Both the position numbers and the translations under genes were made by a program. The notes below the pieces were generated by a model, which was not told the origin of the DNA, made no database searches, and saw only the letters and a program-made list of their open reading frames with translations. 64,000 nt of DNA from Candidatus Poribacteria bacterium (lineage in GTDB: Bacteria; Poribacteria; WGA-4E; WGA-3G). Location: positions 3,200,001-3,264,000 of the forward strand of contig OZ251518.1 of the NCBI GenBank assembly GCA_965242965.1. The letters run 5' to 3'. Position 1 is the stretch's first letter. Every line of letters starts with the position of its first letter. Positions 27,361 through 36,497 of the stretch are shown in pieces.

Positions 27361-30300
27361 TGCCGACACTCAACCTCAAACCAAACCGTAAGGCCATCAA
27401 TGTCTACTACGCCGCACTTGAAACCTATCGACGGCGCGGTGTCACCCACGAAACTGCTGTCCGCGCCGCCTTTCAAGCACTCTTGGAAACCTGCGCGCGA
27501 CAGCTGAATTGGACGCTCGTCTGTGAATATTCGCTGCGAGTCCCTGAAAATTCGGTATCGGGACAAGGATGTCCCTCCTACCCGGACACCGGTAGGAGAG
27601 ACCTCCCGGTCTTGACATCTTCCGGTCTCGACTCGACGCATTCGCTCATCCGCCTCGATGGCGCACTGCTTGATGAATACAACCTCCCCCGCGGCACCTG
27701 GGAGGCAAAAGGTATCAAAGGCAACCTGCGCGCCGAAATCCAAACCAAGTTTGATGCCGGCTACCCACAGGACAACATCCTCTTCCAAACCCCGGAACGC
27801 GCCATTCTCTATCAAAATGGACGCGAGGTGCTGGACGCGGACATCACCGAACGCGAGACGCTTGTCACCGTGCTGGAGACATTCTTCGCCTACGAACGTG
27901 AAAATGCCGCCCAATGGCGCGCCGCTGTTGCCAAATTTCGTGATACCGTGCCAGCACTGCGACGCGAGGCGAAGGAACTCATCCAGACGCGTCACCGCGA
28001 TAGCGCGCGCTTCCGCACCGCCTTCGCCGAGTTTCACCAACTCTGCCAAACCGCGATTAACCCCAACCTCTCCGAAACCGCTGTCGAAGAGATGCTCCTC
28101 CAACATCTCTTGACAGAACGCACCTTCCGCACCGTCTTTGACAATCCTGACTTCGCACAGCGGAACGTCATCGCACGCGAGATAGAGAAGGTTATCAACG
28201 CGCTTATTGAAGATGCCTATAGCCGCGATGCCTTCCTCGAAAACCTGAAGCCGTTCTATCGGGAAATTGAACGTGAGGCGGCAACCCTCGCCGATTTCTC
28301 GCAGAAACAGCACTTCCTGAATACCGTCTACGAACAGTTTTTTCAGGGCGACTCCGCCGAAGTCGCCGATACGCACGGCATCGTCTATACACCACAGCCG
28401 ATTGTCGATTTCATGGTGAAGAGCGTAGCCCATCTTCTCCAAACTGAATTCGATCGTTCCTTGTCCGAGGCTGGCGTTCATATCATCGATCCGTTCGTCG
28501 GCACCGGCAATTTCATCGTGCGCCTGATGCGCGAGATACCGCCGTTCCATCTGGAGGCAAAATACCGTTCAGAACTCTGGTGCAACGAAGTGTTGTTGCT
28601 GCCCTACTATATCGCAACGCTCAACATTGAACACGCGTTTTATGAAGCGACGCAGCGGTATCTCCCGTTTGAAGGCATCTCCCTTGTGGATACGTTTGAA
28701 TTAGCGGAAGACCGGCAGTTGTCGCTCTTAACCGCTGAAAACACGGCGCGCGTGGAGAAGCAAAAGGCTGCACCGATGTTCATCGTCATCGGCAATCCAC
28801 CTTACAATGCGGGGCAAGTCAATGAGAACGATAACAACAAGAATCGCGCGTATCCGACGATGGATGCCTTAATTCGGGAAACGTATGCGAAAGCCTCCAC
28901 CGCCACGCTCAAAAATTCGCTCTACGATCCGTATGTGAAGGGAATCTTATGGGCTTCCGAGAGAATAGGTGAAGAGGGCATCGTCGCCTTGGTTACGAAC
29001 AACAGTTTCCTGCACGGCATCTCGTTTGATGGCATGCGGAAACATCTCGCCGAAGAGTTTGACGAGATCTATCTCTGCGATTTAGGGGGGAATGCCCGCA
29101 CCGACAAACTCGTCTCCGGTGCAAGTGTGTTCGGTATTCAGGTTGGCGTGAGTATCAACTTTTTCGTCAAACGCGCGGCGAAGGGGCCGTTTTCTACCGT
29201 AGCGCGGGGGCCTGTCCCCCGCGATCGTGACGCAGAAGAGCCGTTTTCTACCGTAGCGCGGGGGCCTGTCCCCCGCGATCGTGACATGGCGAGGGACAGG
29301 CCCTCGCCCTACGGTAACGGGGACAATTCTGCGCGTATCTTCTACTTCCGCACCGATGACGCGTGGAACAAAAACCAGAAATTCGACTTCCTCGCGCAAA
29401 CCGAGCACGTCGGCAATGTCCCGTGGCAAACGCTCAAACCTGATACGCGGCATACATGGCTCACCGGCGGACTTCATGCTGAATTCGAGACGTTCATGCC
29501 TATCGGCACACAAGCGGCGAAGCGCGCAAAAGGCGAAGTCATCGGCGCGATGTTTCACAACTTCAGTCTCGGCGTTTCAACGACCCGCGATGCATGGGCT
29601 TGCAACTTCAACCGAGACACTCTCGCCGAAAATATGCGGCGCATGAGCGATGTCTATAATGAGCATGTCATCAAGTATCGCGCACTGGAAGACAAATCCA
29701 GTGTTGATGTTGACAGGTTTGTCGATGACGATGACAAGAAAATTAAGTGGAGTTCTACCCTCAAACGGCATCTTCGTCGCGGGCGCACGGTAGAATTTGA
29801 TGCCTCCAAACGTAGGCAGTGTCTCTATCGTCCTTTCACCAAAACGTGGCTCTTTTTTGATAGGGTTCTTACTGACAGGCCCGGGCAGTTACCTATTATT
29901 TTTCCTACTCCTGAAACCGAAAAGGAGAATCGCGTAATCTGTGTCAAGGCACCCGCGTCAAACAGACCCTTTCACACGCTGATGGTTTCGGTACTCCCGG
30001 ATGTGCATCTTACCGGTGATTCCCAGTGCTTCCCCTTCTACGTCTATGACGAAGATGGCACCAACCGCCGAGAAAACATCACCGATTGGGCGTTGCAAAA
30101 CTTCCGAGCGCACTACAACGATGACACTATCACGAAGTGGGACATTTTCCACTATACCTACGGGCTTTTGCATCATCCGGTGTATCGCGAACGTTACGCC
30201 GCCAATCTCAAGCGTGATCTGCCGCACATTCCCTATGCCGATGATTTCTGGGCATTTGCCGATGCTGGTTCAAAACTCGCGGAATTGCATGTCAACTACG

Positions 30301-30656
30301 AGAGACAGCCGCAATATCCGCTCAATTTCATCAGCGAACCGGGCGTGCCGCTTGATTTGCGTGTTGAACGGATGCAGTTATCCAAGGACAAAACGCAGTT
30401 GAAATACAATGCGTCGCTCACGTTGGATGGTATTCCGGCGGAGGCATTGGACTATCGGTTGGGGCAGTATTCGGCGTTGGAGTGGTTGGTGAATCAGTAT
30501 CGCGTCAAGACGTTTGATCGGAGTCAAATTGTCAACGATGCGAACGATGCGGAGAATCCGCTGTATATCGTGGAATTAATCGGTTCGGTGATTACCGTCA
30601 GTTTGGAGACGTTGAAGATTATTGCGGGGTTGCCGGAGACGCTTTGGGGTCCGTAG
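27360..30656 (+). CDS. Single-chain restriction-modification enzyme (type IIG-like): N-terminal nuclease, N6-adenine MTase, type ISP-like C-terminal specificity domain
   Basis: HE...RLDG...WEAK (PD-(D/E)xK-like), GIVYTPQPIVDFMV, IDPFVGTGNF, GNPPY, YRPF, YRERYAANLKRDLPHIP, SALEWLVNQY; no helicase motifs seen. Confidence 0.88.
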   Translation: MPTLNLKPNRKAINVYYAALETYRRRGVTHETAVRAAFQALLETCARQLNWTLVCEYSLRVPENSVSGQGCPSYPDTGRRDLPVLTSSGLDSTHSLIRLDGALLDEYNLPRGTWEAKGIKGNLRAEIQTKFDAGYPQDNILFQTPERAILYQNGREVLDADITERETLVTVLETFFAYERENAAQWRAAVAKFRDTVPALRREAKELIQTRHRDSARFRTAFAEFHQLCQTAINPNLSETAVEEMLLQHLLTERTFRTVFDNPDFAQRNVIAREIEKVINALIEDAYSRDAFLENLKPFYREIEREAATLADFSQKQHFLNTVYEQFFQGDSAEVADTHGIVYTPQPIVDFMVKSVAHLLQTEFDRSLSEAGVHIIDPFVGTGNFIVRLMREIPPFHLEAKYRSELWCNEVLLLPYYIATLNIEHAFYEATQRYLPFEGISLVDTFELAEDRQLSLLTAENTARVEKQKAAPMFIVIGNPPYNAGQVNENDNNKNRAYPTMDALIRETYAKASTATLKNSLYDPYVKGILWASERIGEEGIVALVTNNSFLHGISFDGMRKHLAEEFDEIYLCDLGGNARTDKLVSGASVFGIQVGVSINFFVKRAAKGPFSTVARGPVPRDRDAEEPFSTVARGPVPRDRDMARDRPSPYGNGDNSARIFYFRTDDAWNKNQKFDFLAQTEHVGNVPWQTLKPDTRHTWLTGGLHAEFETFMPIGTQAAKRAKGEVIGAMFHNFSLGVSTTRDAWACNFNRDTLAENMRRMSDVYNEHVIKYRALEDKSSVDVDRFVDDDDKKIKWSSTLKRHLRRGRTVEFDASKRRQCLYRPFTKTWLFFDRVLTDRPGQLPIIFPTPETEKENRVICVKAPASNRPFHTLMVSVLPDVHLTGDSQCFPFYVYDEDGTNRRENITDWALQNFRAHYNDDTITKWDIFHYTYGLLHHPVYRERYAANLKRDLPHIPYADDFWAFADAGSKLAELHVNYERQPQYPLNFISEPGVPLDLRVERMQLSKDKTQLKYNASLTLDGIPAEALDYRLGQYSALEWLVNQYRVKTFDRSQIVNDANDAENPLYIVELIGSVITVSLETLKIIAGLPETLWGP

Positions 30657-30840
30657 CGCGAGGGCCCTGCGCCATGCGTTTTGCTGTCAGACCGCTTCAC
30701 CCCTGTAGGTCAGGATCAGGCGATCCTGAACTACAGAAGGGGGGGCACCGGCGCGCCGAACGATGGCGAGGGACAGGCCCTCGCCCTACGGTAACGCGGG
30801 CGTTTTTTATCGTAGCGCGGGGGCCTGTCCCTCGCGACCC
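30652..30840. repeat. REP cluster whose first GTAG contains the R-M gene stop codon
   Basis: ccgTAGcgcgagggccct at 30651. Confidence 0.8.
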
Positions 30841-30928
30841 AGGTCAAGATCGAGAGAACTGGTTTCCCTTGACATCTATTCCGTTTTTATGCTATACTTT
30901 TTGTATCCACAGAAAAGGAGGCATGCAC

Positions 30929-31705
30929 ATGGTTTCCGCAAAAGAGATTCAGGCGACTTGTAATGACATTATCCGCGAATTCGCGCCGCGGCAAGTTATC
31001 CTCTTCGGTTCTTACGCGTATGGCACGCCGACAGAAGAATCGGATGTGGATCTGTTCGTCGTGATGGCAGGCGTGGAATTGGGTGGCCGGCAGCAAGCGC
31101 GGGAGATGAAAAAACGGCTTCCTGAGCGGTTCCGTCTCGATTTGCACGTGCGTTCGCCGGAGGAGTTTGCGTATCGCGTTTCGCACAACGACTGGTTTCT
31201 GTGCGAGATTCTCGAAAAAGGCGATGTGCTTTATGATACGGCGGCACTGCCACCGCTAAAACTCGCCGAGGATACCTTAGTGCCGATTTGGGAAGAGAAG
31301 GGGACGATGAACCCGTTGACACTTGAATGGGTAGAGTTGGCTGAAATTGATTATGCTGCGATACAACTGTTTCTTCCGCAGTTAGCCACACACGGTTTTC
31401 AGAATAAAATCTGTTTCAACGCGCAGCAGTGTATCGAAAAATACCTGAAAGCGTGGTTACAAGAGGCGAACCTCCCTACACCGCGCACGCACGATTTGAA
31501 CGTGTTGTTGGATTTGATTGTGCCATCGCTTCCAGCGTGGGAGGCGTGGCGTGCCGATTTTTCGGCGTTTGGTAAATATGCCGTGGATGTTCGCTATCCC
31601 AGTCATTTCCCGACTAGAGCCGATGCTGAGCGTGCGGTGCGCATTTGCGACGAGGTGCGTCAAGCCGTTCGCGACATGCTCAAACTCACAAACGACGTGA
31701 ATTGA
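30929..31705 (+). CDS. Fused MNT-HEPN protein, copy 2
   Basis: Same architecture as copy 1; own promoter TTGACA-18-TATACT (30869-30898); SD AAGGAGG. Confidence 0.88.
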   Translation: MVSAKEIQATCNDIIREFAPRQVILFGSYAYGTPTEESDVDLFVVMAGVELGGRQQAREMKKRLPERFRLDLHVRSPEEFAYRVSHNDWFLCEILEKGDVLYDTAALPPLKLAEDTLVPIWEEKGTMNPLTLEWVELAEIDYAAIQLFLPQLATHGFQNKICFNAQQCIEKYLKAWLQEANLPTPRTHDLNVLLDLIVPSLPAWEAWRADFSAFGKYAVDVRYPSHFPTRADAERAVRICDEVRQAVRDMLKLTNDVN

Positions 31706-31734
31706 AGCACCAGGAGAAACAATAATACGATAGA

Positions 31735-31879
31735 GATCGCGAGGGACAGGCCCTCGCGCTACAGGCCGCGGGGCGCGTTTGATTCATCGGACACTTGCGA
31801 GGGACAGGCCCTCGCGCTACAGGCCGCGGGGCGCGCTTGATTCATCGGACACTCGCGAGGGACAGGCCCTCGCGCTACC
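31735..31879. repeat. REP array (3 copies, about 57-bp period)
   Basis: gcgagggacaggccctcgcgctac x3 with near-identical spacers. Confidence 0.85.
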
Positions 31880-31896
31880 TTGGGGGAAGAACAACG

Positions 31897-32364
31897 ATGG
31901 CAAAATCACTCACCGATGGCGAAATGCGCAACGGCAAAAAGCACGGCTATTGGACGACATATTACGCCAACGGATTTAAGCGGCGCGAAGGCCGCTACAT
32001 CGACGGTAGGAAAGAGGGGCTGTGGCTCCAGTATCATAAAAACGGAAACAAAGCCAGCGAAGCCACTTTCCGCGATGGGAAAAACGATGGCGATTATATG
32101 TGCTATTACGAAAATGGGAACCGCAAATGGGGCGGTCCTTACCATAAACACGATAGCACATCTGCCGATGGTAGAAAAGAGGGAGTCTGGCTCTGCTACG
32201 AGGAAGATGGCGAGACGGTGTGGCGTATCATCACCTACAAAAAAGGGGGAAGCCGTGCGAAGCCCGACGAATATCCGCTCGGTGCCTGCGATGTCTGCGG
32301 CGAAGGGAGACGTTCAACGTGGGGAGATACTTGTCCGAAATGCGGCGCGATGCTGGATGCCTAG
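31897..32364 (+). CDS. MORN-variant (YwqK-like) repeat protein with C-terminal zinc ribbon
   Basis: GKKHGYWTTYYANG, GRKEGLWLQYHKNG, GRKEGVWLCYEEDG; CDVC...CPKC. Confidence 0.82.
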   Translation: MAKSLTDGEMRNGKKHGYWTTYYANGFKRREGRYIDGRKEGLWLQYHKNGNKASEATFRDGKNDGDYMCYYENGNRKWGGPYHKHDSTSADGRKEGVWLCYEEDGETVWRIITYKKGGSRAKPDEYPLGACDVCGEGRRSTWGDTCPKCGAMLDA

Positions 32365-32476
32365 TCAAAATAGCGTCCAAAAATTCCGAATTTTTTATTA
32401 AAAACGGGGTTTCATCCATTAACTCACAAGGGTTCCGTTAGGAAACCCGACATGTTGATACAGGAGGAAAACACCC

Positions 32477-35128
32477 GTGAAAACTGCATGGGCAATTCAA
32501 AATGTCCCCTCGGAACTTAGGGCGAGGGCCTGTCCCTCGCCGTGCACGTATTGTTCCCGTAACCGTAGGGCGAGGGCCTGTCCCTCGCTGGATGCGTATT
32601 GTTCCCGTAACCGTAGGGCGAGGGCCTGTCCCTCGCCGCGCGTGTACTGTCCGCGTAACCGTAGCGCGAGGGCCTGTCCCTCGCGAAGTTTCCTTTGGAT
32701 GCTAATGCTGCTGCTTCTCGCTGCACAGTTCCCAGGCAACGTGTTTGCTGAAACCGAGACAGTCCCCGGGCACCGCATCGCTACCGCTGTCAGAATTGAA
32801 AGCGCGCCCCCAAAACTGAACGGCGTTTTAGACGATGCCATCTGGCAAACTGCGCCGTTGCACGAAGGGTTTCGCCAACGCGACCCGGACGAAGGGAAAC
32901 CTACAACGGAACGGACAACGTTCCAAATCGCCTACGATGACGAGGCACTCTATTTCGCTATCATGTGCTACGATAGCGAGCCCGATAAAATCGTCTCGCA
33001 ACTCGTCCGGCGGGACAATTACGTTGAATCGGATAAAGTTCAGATTTATCTCGATGCGCACAATAATAGACAACAGGCCATCTGGTTCATCGCTTATCCC
33101 ACCGGCTCTATGGCTGATGGCACCTACAATGGAAATTGGTATGACAACAGTTGGGACGGCGTGTGGGAGGTAAAAACTAAAATTCACAGCAACGGCTGGG
33201 CGGCGGAATATAAAATTCCGTTCCACGTGTTACGCTTCACCCCGAAGGACGAATACGTCTGGGGCCTGCATGTCACGCGCGAAATCAGCCGCAAAAAAGA
33301 GAACGCGCACTGGCGTTTCGTTAAGAAATCGGAACCTGACTGGCTCTCTCGAATGGGCGAGCTGCGGGGTATCAAGGCTATCCGGCCTTCTCGCCATTTG
33401 GAAGTAGTGCCTTACACAATGGGGAGAACAACACTGAATAGCGAGGCAGCCCTCTGGGGAAACGTCGGCACCGATGTCCAGTATGGCATCACTTCTGGCA
33501 TCACCCTGAACGCCACGGTGAATCCTGACTTTGGACAGGTTGAAGCAGACCCGGCCACGCTCAATCTCTCCGCTTATGAGGAGTATTTTGAGGAACGCCG
33601 TCCCTTCTTTGTCAAAGGCGCGTCCATGTTCGGCGTTAACGATTACACCTTCTTTTACTCCCGGCGCATCGGAAGGCAGCCAGGGCATTTTGACATCCCC
33701 GACGGTGTTGAAGAGTTGAGTCGGCCCGAGGCGACAACTATCCTCGGTGCGGCGAAGATTGTCGGCAGAACACGAGGCAAAACCTCCTTCGGCATCATGG
33801 AGGCAGTCACTGCCCCCGAATACGCACAGATTCGGCACAGCGGTGAGAAAGAGGGGAGCACCCGCGAGCATCTGATTGAACCCCTGACGAACTACTTCGT
33901 CGGCAGAATCACGCAAGATGTGCTGGCGGGCAATTCCCGCATTGGGATTATCACAACCGCTGTCAATCGGCAAGCCTCTCACTCCGCTTATACCGGCGGA
34001 TTGGACTGGGATTTGAAATTCGCCAAGGAACGTTACCAAATGAGCGGCATCCTCGCCGCAAGTCACGCCGGCGAATTCGATGCCCGCCAATCGGGATACC
34101 TCGCACACCTTGAATTTGACAAGCGCGGGGGATGGCTGCAGGTTGATACCGATTTTAGAGCCCTCTCGCCGGACTTAGAGATAAATGACCTGGGTTTCCG
34201 GCGGCGTGCAGATATGCTGGAGTGGAATTACGACATCACCGCGCGGAAAGAGAAACCCTTTAGCATCTTTCGGCGCGTCATCTTCGGACTCTACGGCTGG
34301 CGCACTTGGAATTATGACGGCGTGAACATCAGCAGCTACTCGGAAATCTGGACAGACGGCCGCTTGAAAAACTATTGGGACTATGATATCTGGGTAGGGC
34401 GAAATCTGGAGTCATTCGACGATGATGATGTCCGACGCGGCGGAACGCTCATTAAAAATCCACCCGGCTGGTGGATATTCACCAACCTCTCCACCGATAG
34501 CCGCAAAATGGTGCAACTCCGCTTAAATCCTGTCTTCGGATGGGACGACGACACAGAACGACGACGCACATACGACTATGATTTGCGGCTCCGGCTGCGC
34601 ATCCGCGTCGCATCGAATATTGAGGTGAACCTCGGCCCGTCATACGGTTATGCGATGGACGATGCGCAATGGGTAGATTTGGTGGAAGAAAACGTTGCCG
34701 GACAAACGACGAAACACTACGTCTATGGTGAATTGGAGAGCCGCACGTTGGACTTCACCACGCGAGCGAACATCAGTTTCACGCCGACGCTCAGCCTGCA
34801 GTTCTATGTGCAACCCTTCATCACCATCGGCGACTATAAAAGTTTCAAGGAGTTAGTCCAACCGATGTCTTACGAATTCAAGCCGTATGCATTGAATGAG
34901 AACCGTGATTTCCATCGGCGTTCCTTGCGCGGTAACACCGTGCTGCGGTGGGAATTCCAACCGGGGAGCACACTGTTTCTTGTCTGGACACAGTCGCGCG
35001 AGGCGGCGTTGGAGCAGTTATCCTCGGCAGACCTGGAATTTCGCCCGTTGCACCGGCTCCGTAGCACTTTCACCGATGCAGGAAAGAATATCTTTCTCAT
35101 CAAATGTCGGTATTGGTTTGGCATCTAG
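32477..35128 (+). CDS. CBM9-like/DUF5916 outer-membrane protein with REP-derived N-terminal repeats
   Basis: PKLNGVLDDAIW, YDDEALYF, GWAAEYKIPF, TVNPDFGQVEAD, FEERRPFF, FFYSRRIG, C-terminal KCRYWF; SD AGGAGG before GTG. Confidence 0.88.
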   Translation: MKTAWAIQNVPSELRARACPSPCTYCSRNRRARACPSLDAYCSRNRRARACPSPRVYCPRNRSARACPSRSFLWMLMLLLLAAQFPGNVFAETETVPGHRIATAVRIESAPPKLNGVLDDAIWQTAPLHEGFRQRDPDEGKPTTERTTFQIAYDDEALYFAIMCYDSEPDKIVSQLVRRDNYVESDKVQIYLDAHNNRQQAIWFIAYPTGSMADGTYNGNWYDNSWDGVWEVKTKIHSNGWAAEYKIPFHVLRFTPKDEYVWGLHVTREISRKKENAHWRFVKKSEPDWLSRMGELRGIKAIRPSRHLEVVPYTMGRTTLNSEAALWGNVGTDVQYGITSGITLNATVNPDFGQVEADPATLNLSAYEEYFEERRPFFVKGASMFGVNDYTFFYSRRIGRQPGHFDIPDGVEELSRPEATTILGAAKIVGRTRGKTSFGIMEAVTAPEYAQIRHSGEKEGSTREHLIEPLTNYFVGRITQDVLAGNSRIGIITTAVNRQASHSAYTGGLDWDLKFAKERYQMSGILAASHAGEFDARQSGYLAHLEFDKRGGWLQVDTDFRALSPDLEINDLGFRRRADMLEWNYDITARKEKPFSIFRRVIFGLYGWRTWNYDGVNISSYSEIWTDGRLKNYWDYDIWVGRNLESFDDDDVRRGGTLIKNPPGWWIFTNLSTDSRKMVQLRLNPVFGWDDDTERRRTYDYDLRLRLRIRVASNIEVNLGPSYGYAMDDAQWVDLVEENVAGQTTKHYVYGELESRTLDFTTRANISFTPTLSLQFYVQPFITIGDYKSFKELVQPMSYEFKPYALNENRDFHRRSLRGNTVLRWEFQPGSTLFLVWTQSREAALEQLSSADLEFRPLHRLRSTFTDAGKNIFLIKCRYWFGI

Positions 35129-35154
35129 CGCGCTCATCAAACCATCCATCATCA

Positions 35155-35285
35155 CGTAGGGCGAGGGCCCTCGCATGCCACACGCGCATGCGAGCGGGTT
35201 CCCCTCGCCATCCTTGGCTATCGTCATCGTAGGGCGAGGGCCCTCGCATGCCACACGCGCATGCGAGCGGGTTCCCCTCGCCATG
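35155..35285. repeat. Two long-form REPs in direct orientation
   Basis: cgtagggcgagggccctcgcatgccacacgcgcatgcgagcgggttcccctcgcc x2. Confidence 0.9.
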
Positions 35286-35324
35286 CCTGAAACAGCGAAA
35301 CCACCGCTAGGAGCAACAGAAAAT

Positions 35325-36302
35325 ATGAAAGCAATCATTAGAACAAGCGATGGCGGCCCCGAAGTCCTCCAACTCGGAGACGCGCCAACGCCGCAGCCAA
35401 CAGAAACCCAACTCCTCGTTGATGTCCACGTCACCGCGTTGAACCGCGCGGACATGATTCAACGGCGCGGCGGCTATCCGCCACCGCCCGGTGAATCCGA
35501 AATACTCGGTTTAGAAATCGCCGGCACCGTGGCTGCCATCGGCAGTGCTGTGAAAGGCTTTGCCGAAGGCGAACGAGTTTTCGGACTCGTCGGCGGAGGC
35601 GGATATGCCGAGCAAGCCGTCATCGATTATCGCATGGCGATGCCCATACCCGATGACTGGAGTTTTGAAAAAGCCGCCGCTGTCCCCGAAGTCTTTTTCA
35701 CCGCCAACGAGAACATCTTCACCCTCGGCAAGTTATCTGCCGGTGAGACGATTCTGATTCACGCCGGCGGCAGTGGTGTCGGCAGCGCGGGCGTGCAAAT
35801 CGCACATCGTGCAGGTGCCCGGGTCTTCGTGACTGCTGGCACATCGGCGAAGATTGCCGGCTGCGAAAAACTGGGTGCAACGGCAGGCATTAACTACAAA
35901 ACCGCCGATTTCGTCGCCGAAATCCAACGGTTGACAAACGGCGAAGGCGTTGATGTCGTGCTAGACTTCATCGGCGCGCCCTATCTCGCACGCAACCTCT
36001 CCATCCTCAAAACATGGGGGAGACTTCTGCAAGTGGGACTCATCGGCGGTTCAACGACAGAAATCGACTTAGGCACGGTGATGCGCAATCGTCTCAAACT
36101 CATCGGTTCCGTGATGCGTTCGCAATCGTTAGAGGAGAAAATCCGCATCACGCGTCGATTCGTGCAACGGTGGTTACCAGAATTAAAGGCTGGCACGCTT
36201 CAACCTATAATTGACACCGTGTTCCCGTTGGCACAAGCACGTGATGCCCACGCGTATATGGAAGCGAATCGCAATTTCGGCAAAATTTTGTTGAGGGTAT
36301 AA
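35325..36302 (+). CDS. NAD(P)H-quinone oxidoreductase (PIG3/zeta-crystallin family)
   Basis: LNRADMIQRRGGYPPP, LGLEIAG, HAGGSGVG, NFGKILL. Confidence 0.93.
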   Translation: MKAIIRTSDGGPEVLQLGDAPTPQPTETQLLVDVHVTALNRADMIQRRGGYPPPPGESEILGLEIAGTVAAIGSAVKGFAEGERVFGLVGGGGYAEQAVIDYRMAMPIPDDWSFEKAAAVPEVFFTANENIFTLGKLSAGETILIHAGGSGVGSAGVQIAHRAGARVFVTAGTSAKIAGCEKLGATAGINYKTADFVAEIQRLTNGEGVDVVLDFIGAPYLARNLSILKTWGRLLQVGLIGGSTTEIDLGTVMRNRLKLIGSVMRSQSLEEKIRITRRFVQRWLPELKAGTLQPIIDTVFPLAQARDAHAYMEANRNFGKILLRV

Positions 36303-36497
36303 TCCCCGCTTGCCGGGAACATACCTAAAGTTCGCTCACCAAACTTTAGGGTGAAAACTCGCATCAGAAAACTAGCAATCGACAACGTCGATTGCGGATT
36401 ACGCCGAGGGCTGTTCATGCACCAGCCCACCTATCCGAACGCTTTGCGCCAGGACGAAAGATTGAAGAATCTCTGGCGGAAAGTCAACTTATTAAAT

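Noticed and set aside
27246-28550. 434-aa minus-strand ORF (similarly 54494-55525, 50138-50980, 33230-34108)
   Set aside because: Each is antisense to a well-supported gene, which is typical of GC-rich codon bias.
27360-30656. Full type ISP enzyme
   Set aside because: No SF2 helicase/ATPase motifs are present, and it is shorter than expected for that architecture.
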